64,000 nt of DNA from Planctomycetota bacterium (lineage in GTDB: Bacteria; Planctomycetota; UBA1135; UBA2386): the NCBI GenBank assembly GCA_965223545.1, contig OZ245006.1, positions 7,296,001 to 7,360,000 on the forward strand, in the 5' to 3' direction. The position numbers were made by a program, and so were the translations under genes. The notes under the pieces were generated by a model. The model was not told where the DNA came from. It was given only the letters and a program-made list of their open reading frames with translations, and did no database searches. This document shows, in pieces, positions 23,278 through 33,700 of the stretch (the stretch's first letter is position 1; each line of letters starts with the position of its first letter).

Positions 23278-24627
23278 TCACGCGGCGTCCTCAGCCCAGA
23301 TTCCATCTTTGACTGAACGCCGTCGACGACTGCACGGACGAGCTCCGCGCCGTTGAGGCGACGCCATTTCTTTTCCGCGGCCTCGGCCAACTTGAAGACC
23401 ATGGCCAGACAGGCGACCCGTGACCCGGAACCCTTAGTGTGCCGGTGGCGCAGGCGGGCGGTCGCGAACGTGGACTCGATCGGATTCGTAGTTCGCACGT
23501 GTTGCCAGTGCTCCGCCGGGAAGTCGTAGAAGGCGAGCAATTCGTCACGGTCCTTCTTCAAGCAGTTGTTGGCTTTCGGGTACTTGGCCTCGTACTTGGC
23601 AATGAACGCGTCGAATGACGTGATCGCGTCATCGCGCTTCTCGGCCATCCAGATTTGGTGAAGGTCGGTTTTTACCGTCGCGTGCTTGTTCTTGAGGGAA
23701 GCAGTTCAGCACGTTGCCGGCCTTGTGCATCCAGCAACGCTGAGCCCGCGTCGTCGGAAACTCCTCGGCGAGCGCCTTCCAGAAACCGAGCGCGCCATCG
23801 CCAATTGCAAGCTCGGACGCGTGCTCGAGCCCTCGCTGCTTCATTCCCAGAAGGTTCTCCTTCCAGCTCTGGGCACTCTCGCGGTATAGCCGTCGTCGAT
23901 CGCCACGAGTTCCTTCCTGCCGTCCTTGGTGGCCCCCATGACCTCGAGGATGCACTGGCGGTCCTCCTCGAGCCTGATTTGAAGTGCACGCCATCGACCC
24001 AGAGGTAGGCGTAGCGCTTGCCGGCGAGTGAGCGCTGGCTCCATTCCTGGCACTCCTTGGACCAGATTTCTTTGAGGCGGACGACCGTGGTGGTCGACAG
24101 GCTCGCCGTGCTGTTGCCGGTCAGGTGCTGCAAGCACTCCGAGAAGTCATTGGTCGAGATCCCCTTGACGTAGAGCCAGGGGATGAACTCCTCGATGTCC
24201 TTGTGCGGCGGAGATATGGCGGCAGGATCTTGCTCGTGAACCTGAAGCGTGAGCCGTCGGCGTCGATGCGCTTGTCGTTGACGCACGGTTGCTTGACTTC
24301 GACGGTGCCTACGCCCGTGTGAATCTCGCGCTTGCGATGGCGGCCGTTTCGGACGACGAGCCGATGGCCAGCCTCGTCGACCTCGTTCCCGTGCTTGTCG
24401 ATGTAGGCCGCGACCCCCGCCTCGATGGCTGTCGCCAGCATCTGCTGGGCACCGGCCCGGAGAACTTCGGTGAGCGCGTCCTGGGCGGAGCCTGGACCTG
24501 AGAGAACGAGTGACGTAGCTTCCATCTCGTGGCGTACCTGCCCTTGCCGGGGCGATTGGCTGTCGTGAACAACTGCCAAGGTACGCCGCATGTTTGTACG
24601 GTCATCCAAAACTTCTGGTCATATCCC
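23244..24627 (-). mobile_element. IS256-family insertion sequence with a frameshifted transposase
   Basis: Imperfect IRs GGGATTCTGTCAAGAGTTGTGGATG / revcomp GGGATATGACCAGAAGTTTTGGATG; Mutator motifs VRNG, YLWVDG, IGDGALGFW, QRCWMHK, RTTNPIES spread over several frames; no target duplication seen. Confidence 0.9.
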
Positions 24628-24669
24628 GCTCACTTTCCGCAGGGGCGCCTCTGTGAGAAGATCCACCTC

Positions 24670-25572
24670 ATGGCTAACGAAGAGCACGTTCGCGTTCTGC
24701 TAGAGGGGACAAGCGCGATCGAGAAGTACCGAGCACAGCAAAAGGTGCGCGGCGGAATGAATATCGACGTGCCACTCGATCTGCGAGGAGCGTCACTCAT
24801 TGACGCTACGCTCAAGCATGCTCCACTGCGTTGGTGTGACTTCACAAAAGCTAAACTGTGTAATGCCAATCTCTGGCACGCATACCTAATTGAATGCACA
24901 CTCGACGATGCGGATCTGAAAGAAGCCAACCTCTGTTATGCCGACCTCACTGGGTCGAGCATGGTTGGCACCAACCTTCGCGGTGCGGTCCTACTGCATG
25001 CTCGAGGAGTCAACCTGACAGGTGCCAGGGGCTATGTGCTTGACGGTGAAGACATGTCCTCCTGGGTGCTGCCCCCATCGCCACTGCTTCCGATCATCGA
25101 GCATGTAACAGCTTCTGCCGAAGGCGTATCGGTGCGCCGTCGGTTTGGCTGGCCATATACTGATCCATGGAGTGCGTTGCGCCGTACGTACACAGGCGTT
25201 ATGACCGCATTCCATTTGTTGCTTGGGATCACGGCGTTGGCCCCACATGTTCTGCAGGCTACCCTGGGTATCTCGAATGGCGACACTCAAGATTATTCCC
25301 GATTCGAGGTTCTGCTCGGATGGCACAAGCCTGAACCGGGGCTCCTGGTTGCTTCCTCTGGCATCATTATCGGGTACAACGTGCTCCGCATCGGCGCCAC
25401 CTGGTATTTATCACAACTTCGTGAAGAAGAGGCTCGATCTCACCACGCCCCCCGAAAAAGCCAGTATCTATATTGGTGGATAGCGCACCAGTGGTTTATG
25501 CGCTGGGCAGCGCTGCTTGCAGTTGGGCTCAGCATTTGGCGAACCTGCTGCTGGCTCTCCGAGCCGGTCTGA
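24670..25572 (+). CDS. Pentapeptide-repeat protein with C-terminal transmembrane segments
   Basis: MANEEH start; A(D/N)L repeats (ANLWH, ADLKE, ANLCY, ADLTG); three hydrophobic segments. Confidence 0.8.
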   Translation: MANEEHVRVLLEGTSAIEKYRAQQKVRGGMNIDVPLDLRGASLIDATLKHAPLRWCDFTKAKLCNANLWHAYLIECTLDDADLKEANLCYADLTGSSMVGTNLRGAVLLHARGVNLTGARGYVLDGEDMSSWVLPPSPLLPIIEHVTASAEGVSVRRRFGWPYTDPWSALRRTYTGVMTAFHLLLGITALAPHVLQATLGISNGDTQDYSRFEVLLGWHKPEPGLLVASSGIIIGYNVLRIGATWYLSQLREEEARSHHAPRKSQYLYWWIAHQWFMRWAALLAVGLSIWRTCCWLSEPV

Positions 25573-25942
25573 TCGTCTGACTCTGAACTGAGCTGGCACG
25601 ACGAAACTGTTGCGGCCGTGTGGTCCGAAAAATCAGTCGGTGCGAATCAGTGGCTCGAGGTCGCTCACAAAGGGCACTCGCCGATCCGGCGGACACCAGT
25701 TCGGTCGGCACGAGCAGAACGGTGGCGCTTGTAGCATGTCGTTTCAGGGTTCCCCGTGGTGGCTCAGCCGTCAGGCCGCGCGGTGGTAGCTGTTGAGCAG
25801 CCCACCGAGTCGTTCGTGGACGACGACCTCGCCGTTACCAGTCGACGGCACATCATCGATCAGCTCGTTACCGAGTCCTTGGTGCGTAACTGTTCCGGCA
25901 ACCACGTCTGCAAACGCTCGAGTCGTTCGCCACGATGCGGCC

Positions 25943-26272
25943 ATGTCGAAGCGAGCAAGTCGTCGCCGTGAGATCCGGCAGGTTCTCGCGCTCCGCGAGC
26001 AGGAAGGGTTTTCGCTGCGTGCGCTCTCGGAGCGGTTCGGTATCCCGATCGGGACGCTGAGTTGGTGGTCGCATCGGTTGCGATCGGAGGAGAGCACTGG
26101 GTTCGCGGAGGTCCGAGTCGTCGATCGCGATGGTCGGGGCCGGACGAGTAACGACGAGGGCGAGAGCTCGAGCCTTGTGCGGCTCAGGTTCCCGGCGGGC
26201 GTCGTCGCGGAGTTCGAGGGCGCGATTGCTCAAGACATCGCGTACCGCTTGCTGGACTCTGTGGCCGACTGA
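25943..26272 (+). CDS. tnpA: IS66 accessory protein TnpA (HTH)
   Basis: HTH SLRALSERFGIPIGTLSWW; FAEV; first ORF of IS66. Confidence 0.85.
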   Translation: MSKRASRRREIRQVLALREQEGFSLRALSERFGIPIGTLSWWSHRLRSEESTGFAEVRVVDRDGRGRTSNDEGESSSLVRLRFPAGVVAEFEGAIAQDIAYRLLDSVAD

Positions 26273-26685
26273 TGCTGGCCTTCCCAGCGGGCGTGCGCGT
26301 GTACGTCGCCAACGAGCCAACCGACATGAGGAAGTCGTTCGACGGGCTGAGCGCGATCGTCCAGCACAGCTTTCATCGGGATCCGTTCGATGGCGACGTC
26401 TTCGCGTTCTTCAACCGGCGTCGCGATCGCGTGAAGATCTTGTTCTGGGATCGCAACGGTTTCTGGATCTCGATGAAGCGACTCGAGCGCGGCACGTTTG
26501 ACAGTTGGCGTCCCAAGAGCGGCGACGCCACACATGTCGAAGTCGAGCGCGCACAGCTCGTGATGTTGCTCGAAGGGATTGATCTGAAATCCGCCAAGTT
26601 TCGTCGGCATTACTCGCGCTCTGTTCGTATCAATGGTCGCGATGGGCGGTCGCAAGCAAACGGTCAACGTCGACGCACTGGATGA
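26272..26685 (+). CDS. tnpB: IS66 accessory protein TnpB
   Basis: PTDMRKSFDGL, FNRRRDRVKILFWDRNGF, KRLERGTF. Confidence 0.95.
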   Translation: MLAFPAGVRVYVANEPTDMRKSFDGLSAIVQHSFHRDPFDGDVFAFFNRRRDRVKILFWDRNGFWISMKRLERGTFDSWRPKSGDATHVEVERAQLVMLLEGIDLKSAKFRRHYSRSVRINGRDGRSQANGQRRRTG

Positions 26686-28255
26686 GGCGCAGCTACGTGC
26701 CTTGATCCCGGATCTGCTCACGCAGATCTCGTCGCTGAAGTCGCAGATGTCCGACCTTCAGCGCATGCTGTTCGGTCGCCGCTCGGAGAAGAGCCGCTAC
26801 ATCGACCCGCGACAGCTGCTGCCGTTCGCGCAAGAGGCTGTAGAGGAAGCGGGAGCCGACGCCAAGGCGGCCGAAGAAGAGGCCGAAGAGATCACCGTCC
26901 CCGAGCACAAGCGCAAGCGCACCAAGCGACGCAAGGACTTCCCAGAGCATCTTCCGCGGCAACGCTCCGTATTCACGATCGAGGGCGAGGACCTGCTGTG
27001 CCCTTGCTGCGGCAACGGCCGTCGGGAGTTCGGCGAAGAGGTCTCGCAGGAGCTCGAGCGCATCGAGCTCTCGTTCGTCCACCAGATCGTGAGGAAGAAG
27101 TACTCCTGCGCGACCTGTCAGGGCTACGTCGTCGTCGCCGCGGGCCCCACCCGAGTCCTCGACAAAAGCATCCTCGGCCCCGGCTTCCTTGCGCAGATCA
27201 TCTTCGACCGCTTTGCCAACCACATGCCGTACGCGCGGTTGGAGAAGAAGTACGCAGCCGAGGGGCTCAGCCTGTCGCGTAGCGTCCTATGCACTTCGGC
27301 GATGCGCTGTGCCGAGCTCCTGAAGCCCGTGTTCGATGCCCATGTCGAGCAAGTTCTCGAGAGCCTCGACACCTCCGTCCTGCAGGTGGACGACACCTAC
27401 GGCAACCAGCGCAACGGCCGAAACCCCGGACAGAAAAAGATCCACGTGTGGGCGTGGCGCGATCAACACGCCGGGGTTTTCTACACCGCTACGGACTCAC
27501 GCAATCGCGGCAGCCCCAAAGAGGTCTTGGGCGACCGCGGTGGTCGGTTGCAGTGCGATGGCCATGACTGCTACAGCGATCTCGATCCAACCAGCATCGC
27601 GCGCATCGGATGCTGGGCACACCTTCGTCGCTACTTCGTGAATGCGCGGAAGCTCGGCGACTCGACCACGGAGAAGGCTCTGGGCTGGATCGGCAAGCTG
27701 TTCGCGATCGAGAGCGTCGCCAAGAAGGGCAAAGATGGTCGACCCTTCACGGATGACGAGCTGGTCGAGGTCCGTCAGCGCGACTCTCGCCCGATTGCGA
27801 ACGCGCTCAAGGCTTGGCTCGAGCAGATGCACATCGACCAGCCGAGCCTCCCGAAGGGGCCGCTCATGGAGGGAGTTCGCTACGGGCTCAACCAGTGGCC
27901 TGCTCTCGAGCGCTTCCTGACCGATGGCCGCATCCGCGAGATCTCGAACAACGGTTGCGAGCGTGCTCTGCGTGCAGTCGTGATCGGCAAGAAGAACTGG
28001 CTCTTCTTCGGATCCGAGGACGGCACCCAAGCTTCACTCATCCTCTTGAGTCTCGTCCAGTCGTGTCGAGAGCATGGCATCAGCCCGCTGCTCTACCTGC
28101 GGGATGTGCTTCACGCGATCTCGACCACTCCTGCCTCCCAGGTCGGTCAGCTGACTCCGCGTGGCTGGATGCTGGGACGGCAACGGCGTGCCCAGATCGC
28201 CAAAGCCGACAACGCGATCGACAACATCGTGCGTCAGTTGTTCGTGGGCTCGTAG
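26642..28255 (+). CDS. tnpC: IS66 DDE transposase TnpC
   Basis: FGRRSEK, CPCCG zinc finger, [27 protein letters not shown]. Confidence 0.95.
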   Translation: MGGRKQTVNVDALDEAQLRALIPDLLTQISSLKSQMSDLQRMLFGRRSEKSRYIDPRQLLPFAQEAVEEAGADAKAAEEEAEEITVPEHKRKRTKRRKDFPEHLPRQRSVFTIEGEDLLCPCCGNGRREFGEEVSQELERIELSFVHQIVRKKYSCATCQGYVVVAAGPTRVLDKSILGPGFLAQIIFDRFANHMPYARLEKKYAAEGLSLSRSVLCTSAMRCAELLKPVFDAHVEQVLESLDTSVLQVDDTYGNQRNGRNPGQKKIHVWAWRDQHAGVFYTATDSRNRGSPKEVLGDRGGRLQCDGHDCYSDLDPTSIARIGCWAHLRRYFVNARKLGDSTTEKALGWIGKLFAIESVAKKGKDGRPFTDDELVEVRQRDSRPIANALKAWLEQMHIDQPSLPKGPLMEGVRYGLNQWPALERFLTDGRIREISNNGCERALRAVVIGKKNWLFFGSEDGTQASLILLSLVQSCREHGISPLLYLRDVLHAISTTPASQVGQLTPRGWMLGRQRRAQIAKADNAIDNIVRQLFVGS

Positions 28256-29423
28256 CCCAGCCAGCTACGGACGGTCACCGTCGTGGCCGGCGCCGGTGCC
28301 GACACCCGGTGGCCGAAGTTTCTGTTCATGCGCCGGTTCGGCGCGGCGCGAAGAACGTGCGTGCCGGAACAGTTACCTTGGTGCGGCCGTTCGGCGTGGT
28401 AGTGGGCGACGTACTCGTTGAGCGCGCGCTCGAGATGGCCCTGCCCGAACAGGATGAGGCGATCCAGGCACTCCGTCTTCACCGACTTGACCCAGCGCTC
28501 GGCGAACGCGTTCATGTCCGGGGCTTCGTAGGCGGTGCGGACCGTCTCGATGCCGGCGTTCGTGATGACCTTGCAGAAGTGCTCGGTGAACTTCGTGTCG
28601 CGATCGAGGATCAGGAAGCGCTTGCCGCGAAGGAAGCCGTCATCGAGCGCCGTGAGGTTGCGAGCGACCTGGGCCATGAAGCCGCCGTCGGGGTTCGTGG
28701 TCGTGCCGGCGATGTGGACGACGCGCGAAGCGTGGTGGATCACGAACAGCACGTAGTGCGTGACGAGGCCACGGCTGGTCCAGACCTCGGTCGTGAAGAA
28801 GTCAGCGGCACAGATCACGTCCGCATGGGACTTGAGGAAGGTGCGCCACGAGGTCGGTCGCTCGGGTGCTGGTCGAATGCCGTGCTCTCGCAGCGTGTTC
28901 GCGATGGTCGATCGCGCGACGGTATGGTTGGGCTTCTTGAGCTCGCCGCGGATGCGGCCGTAGCCCCATTCGGCGTTGTCGGTGGCCATGCGGACGATCA
29001 AGGCGCGGATCGCCTTCATGAGTCCCGGCCGGCCGACGCGCTTGGTCGGGTGCGTCCACTTCGCCGCGATCAGGTTGCGGTGCCAGCGCATTATGGTGTC
29101 GGGCGTGACGATGTTGGCGACGCGGTGGAGCAGTCTCCAGCCGAGCACCTTGCCCTTCGCTGCGAGCCTGCTCCGTTGATCATCGCTCAGACGAAGTCGT
29201 CGATCGCCGAGCTGCTCGCGCAGTACTCGGTTCTCCTCTCAGAGCGTTCCTCGGGTTGTGAACCCGAGAGCGGAAAACGTGGGTCGATCCAGACGCTCCT
29301 CGAACTCGAGGGTTCGGAGATCGGAGGTCGACCTGGCGCGAGGGTCATGGCGACCATCCTTCGATGGCCACGCTGACGGGGTGTGCCGAGCATGAACCGC
29401 TCGGAACATGGAGCGAAGCTCCT

Positions 29424-30578
29424 TCAGCCCCGATCGGTTCTCCCTGGGTCCGAGCTGTCCTCGCTCTCGTCCGCCTGCGGTTCTGCTGACCGAAGAGGAA
29501 GGCGCTTCGACGGTGATCCATCCGAGTGACTGTGCGCGTCGTCGTAGACATCCAGGTGCGCGTCCTTGGGGAAGATGGGGTCTATCCTGACCCCTTGAGG
29601 CTCCTGAGTGAGCCGGACTAGCTGCTCTGTGCCATCGGTGCGGATGGCCCCGGTCAGCATCAAGTATCCGACCGGTTGCTCGAGGTTCATCTTGAAGCTC
29701 GGCCCGAAGTTGAAGGTCACCTTCAGGGGTGCAGTCAGAGTCGGGTAGATCATCGACGCGATTCCACCTTCGTCCAGCGTACAGCCAGAGTGGATGCCGC
29801 AGACGTTGCCTTCATCGTTGAACACGGGCCCTCCACTCTGACCTGGGTAGGTCTCTTGGCCCGTCAGGAAGCACGGTCCACCGACGAAACGATGCCGGTG
29901 CAGGAAGAGCGTTCCGACGCGGCCCTCCACGACCATCAACTTGTGCTGGTATTTTGACCTCCAGTCGAAGGTCCCTGCACGGATGTCCGAGGCTGACATT
30001 CCATGCTTTGCGAGTTCGTCTGGGAATCGGTAGCCGACGGTCAGCACCCGCGTTCCCGTCTCGGGCAGCCCAGGACTAAGCCGAGGAGAGAGCAGGGCCG
30101 TTGGAGGCGTCTCCTTGACGAGCGAACCAAACACCGCGTCGGTTGGGGGAGCACCGGCCACGTTCGTGATGGGCCAGACGGTAAATCGCATCACATCGGG
30201 CTCCACCAGTTGGTAGTGGAGGACGCTCAGGCCGTTGTCCTTCAAGTCGTGGTGTCCAGGCCCCTCGAAGGACCGAGGGTTCCTCTCGTTTCTGACTGCC
30301 TCGTCGATGCAGTGCTTGGCCGTTGCGACAATCCCGAACCTACTCACGCAGAACGCTGTTCCGATCGGATAGAGCCGATCGTTGTGCTGCCTAAGGAGAG
30401 GGAAGACACCCTGACTGAGAGGGTTTTCCCACTGGGGCAGCTCCCATTCAGGCTCGTCCTCCGATCGGAAGGATCGGAGGTCTATGCGCCCGTCGTTGGT
30501 CCCTGACCGTGCGCCTGCCCCCTCCTGGCCTTCTGGGGTGCTCTTGGAAGGTTCGTCCTCGTTGTTCTTGTTGCTCAT
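29424..30578 (-). CDS. Trypsin-like serine protease (cytoplasmic)
   Basis: TAKHC (His), PTDAVF (Asp), GQSGGP (Ser); no signal peptide; GAGGTGG RBS. Confidence 0.88.
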   Translation of the reverse strand: MSNKNNEDEPSKSTPEGQEGAGARSGTNDGRIDLRSFRSEDEPEWELPQWENPLSQGVFPLLRQHNDRLYPIGTAFCVSRFGIVATAKHCIDEAVRNERNPRSFEGPGHHDLKDNGLSVLHYQLVEPDVMRFTVWPITNVAGAPPTDAVFGSLVKETPPTALLSPRLSPGLPETGTRVLTVGYRFPDELAKHGMSASDIRAGTFDWRSKYQHKLMVVEGRVGTLFLHRHRFVGGPCFLTGQETYPGQSGGPVFNDEGNVCGIHSGCTLDEGGIASMIYPTLTAPLKVTFNFGPSFKMNLEQPVGYLMLTGAIRTDGTEQLVRLTQEPQGVRIDPIFPKDAHLDVYDDAHSHSDGSPSKRLPLRSAEPQADESEDSSDPGRTDRG

Positions 30579-30769
30579 CGATCCACCTCATTCGCTTCGC
30601 CCGACAAGTGGCCACGACCGTTGGGTGATTGCTCGTCGATCAACTCGTTGCGGAGCCCCTTCGATGCGGCCAGTCCTCATGTTGGCGGGATCACCCAAGG
30701 ATCTCGTCGAGCACTTCCGTGACCCCGGCCCGCCGTCGCCATGCCGCTCGGCGAACAGCCTCGCCATCA

Positions 30770-33700
30770 TCAATGCCTCAACCGCTTGCTGACCTTGGCC
30801 TCGGAATCTTGCCACTCGGCTTCGTGGTCATACGAGGCGGCGATGTCTTCGAGGGCGCGGGCGACGTACGGATACTCGAACGCGAGCTTCTGCGACCAGT
30901 CGCGGTACTTAGCTGCGAGGTCACGCTCTTGTGCTCCCCCTTCGCCGCGCCAGTGGACGCCGCGCGAGTTGCGGACGCCTATGTTAAAGCCTCTGGCGAT
31001 CTCGGGAGAGGCGATGTGTTCCATCGCTTCGCATACTGGTGCACACGGCCAGGTGTCTGAGTCGTCCGAAGGAGCCTTGGCCAGGAGCTGCCCAATACAC
31101 TGATCGGTGATCTCGGCGCGGCCGTACAGCGTTGCGAGTTCGCGGACCTGCTCAAGCCAGTCCGCCAGGTCGCCGGTGACTATCTTGCCGTCGGGGTTGG
31201 TTCCCGGGATGCGCTTGATTTGGTCAATCACCCGGCGCATCGCGGAGCCGACGGCGCGGCACTGCTCGGGATCCTCAATCTGCCATTCCGGCGGGTCCTG
31301 CCCATCATCGCTTCGCTTCCAGAGCAGCGCCATCGCCTGCATGTACAGGAGCGGTGAGTCCGCGATCTGGCGTTCGAGGTTGGGGATGCCGTGCTCAGAG
31401 CGGTCGAGCGCGCTCGCGAACCGGAACTCCATCTGCGCCATGTCGTTCACCGTGACGCCGGCGCGTCCGTCGAGCGCTTCAAGCGCCTGGGAAATGTCGT
31501 GAGCGTCCAACTGATACGCACCCTGAGGCTCCGTGCTGACGCTGGACACGTCGGTCAGCAGTCGCTTGATGCGTGAGGTTTCGAGGCGCACCCAATCCAT
31601 GTGCGCCGCGTGGAAGGCCGCCCGCGGCCGTTCGACGTTGAGCAAGCGGTCAACGAGCTCGTTCAGATCTGACTCGGAGTGACGGCGTCCCCACTGAGGA
31701 GGCACCGCTTTCCAGTAGCGATTGCCGAACTCCTCGCCGTACTCGTCGACGATGAGCCAGGTCGCTCTCTCGAACGGGGATGACTTGAGGAGTCTCACCC
31801 GCTGCTCCGCGTCGAGCGTGTCGGCCGCGGTCCGCAGAAGCGCCCGACGCGGCTCCGCATCAACCGTCCACAGGAACCCTGATATGCAGGCCTCAGCCTT
31901 CGGCTCGAGGTCGCCGTGTACGTCAAGGCAGCGGCGAACAAACTCGATACGTGCTGCCGGCTCAGTCACACAGAGAGCCGCATACTGCCCGACGGTGGGC
32001 TCGGCTTCGCTCTCTGAAAGCAGGGCGGTGATCCCGTCGAACCCTTGCTGGGACCAGATTTCGGCGAGGGCGTTCAGGCGCAGCGCGTGTACGCGTTCTT
32101 CGCGGGCGGTGAAGTCCAGCTCTTCGTCCTCGAGTTCATCAGCCGACTCCTCGACCCACTGTCTTGCGAAGAGCCATCCGTGTCTGATCACCGGATCTGA
32201 GGGTTCGAGTAGTGTGTAGATGTCGCGCGCCCGATTCCTCGTGGTCGGGTCCTCAACCCGGCGACGGCCGACGCGTGTGAGTGCGTACCGCCGCACTCTC
32301 TCACGCAGTGCGGCTTTGGCCCTGTCGGTCGTCTTCGTGTCGGCGGCCCAACCCTCTATCAGCTTCCACAGGGTGGTGCGGTCCTCCTTCGCTATACCGT
32401 CCAGCCGTTCTACTAGATCGCCGAGGGTGTTTTCGTCGTGGCTCGACCAGGCGAGCGCGAGGTCGACGGACTTTCGCACAAACTCGTAGACCTCCCTTCG
32501 CGTCCTGAAGGGCTGGCCTGCGCCAGACGCGTCGCCGCGCCAGCGCGGACGGTAGCTGTAGTTGCCCATGCGGGAGTTGGGGCTAAACTGCTCGATGCAG
32601 ATCTGCCACGCGATGTCGGGAAAGCGCTTCACTAGGAGTTCGAGCGCCTTGCCCCTCTCCTCAAGAGATGCGGCGGTCTGTGGCATCCACGACCTGAAGA
32701 TGGCGTCGAGGCTCCTGATCGGCTTGTTCACCCAGTTGTCGTTGATGGTGGTCCGGGAAAGCTGCGCCAGAACGGCGGTCACGCGCGCGAGGTTCTGCGG
32801 CTTCCACCCGAGGCACTCGAGCGCCCAGAGCAAGCCAGTCCGGGGGCAGCTTCCGAAGACGCCCGTGCTAGCGGGTTTGAGCAGGCCTAGAACTACCGGC
32901 TCGACCGTGTTCAGGTCGGCTTCGATGACGTCGAGAAACGTATCCGGCGCGGCTTCCGCGTACCGCGGAAGGTCACGCTGGTTCGACATCAGCCTGTCGA
33001 GAGTCAGCGGCGTCAGCAGTCGCTCAATCAGTGCGCCGACGTGCGCATTCACGTCGACCCCGAGCCGCTCCTTGAACAGGTTGTTTCCGTGAACAGACAG
33101 GATCACGAGCGTTTCACAGACGCCCTCGCGGAGTGCCGCAGAGTGGTCGCGGACCTTGCTGTAGATGCTGGCCGCCCAGCGGTCGTCCTCCGGCAGTTCC
33201 AGGGCCGGGTCCTCTTCCGACAGCACGTACTCGGCCAACATAAAGAACTCGTCGAGGTCTTTCTCCGTCACCACTTTGCTGACGGCGAAGATGAGGTCGA
33301 TCTTTGACGCTACGCCGCGGTAGTTACCTCCCGACCACACCGGTGGGTCGTCGAATCGCAACAGCCGCGCGACGTCCACCTCGATGTTCTCGTAGGGCCG
33401 GCTGGCCAACACCGACAGGACTTCGGTGTCGGCTTTCGCCTTCGCGTTCCACGCGCCGATCAGCATCAGGGGGATCAGCGTTCTCGCCGTGCCGGTATCC
33501 GTCGCCCAAGCGGGCGACTTGATGGCATCGACGCGCGAGAGTCGGCGACGAAGGATCGTGGGGGACATGCCGGATTCGCGGGCGAGGCGGTCAACGGCGT
33601 CGCCGGTGATCTTCATTGCGCCGAGCGCCTTCTCGAACGCGTCGTGGCGCAGAAGGTCGAGTGCGATATCGGGTTCGGAGTCCACCGCGTTGCGGGGACG

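Larger units (their letters stand above)
25886..28376 (+). mobile_element. IS66-family insertion sequence, complete
   Basis: IRs GTAACTGTTCCGGCA / TGCCGGAACAGTTAC; 8-bp DR CTTGGTGC at 25878-25885 and 28377-28384; tnpA-tnpB-tnpC. Confidence 0.97.
25771..29243 (-). pseudogene. rve/integrase-core transposase, 5'-truncated and split by IS66
   Basis: [29 protein letters not shown] at 28377-29243 joins in frame with LGNELID...GGLLNSYHRAA at 25771-25885 once IS66 and one DR copy are removed. Confidence 0.88.
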
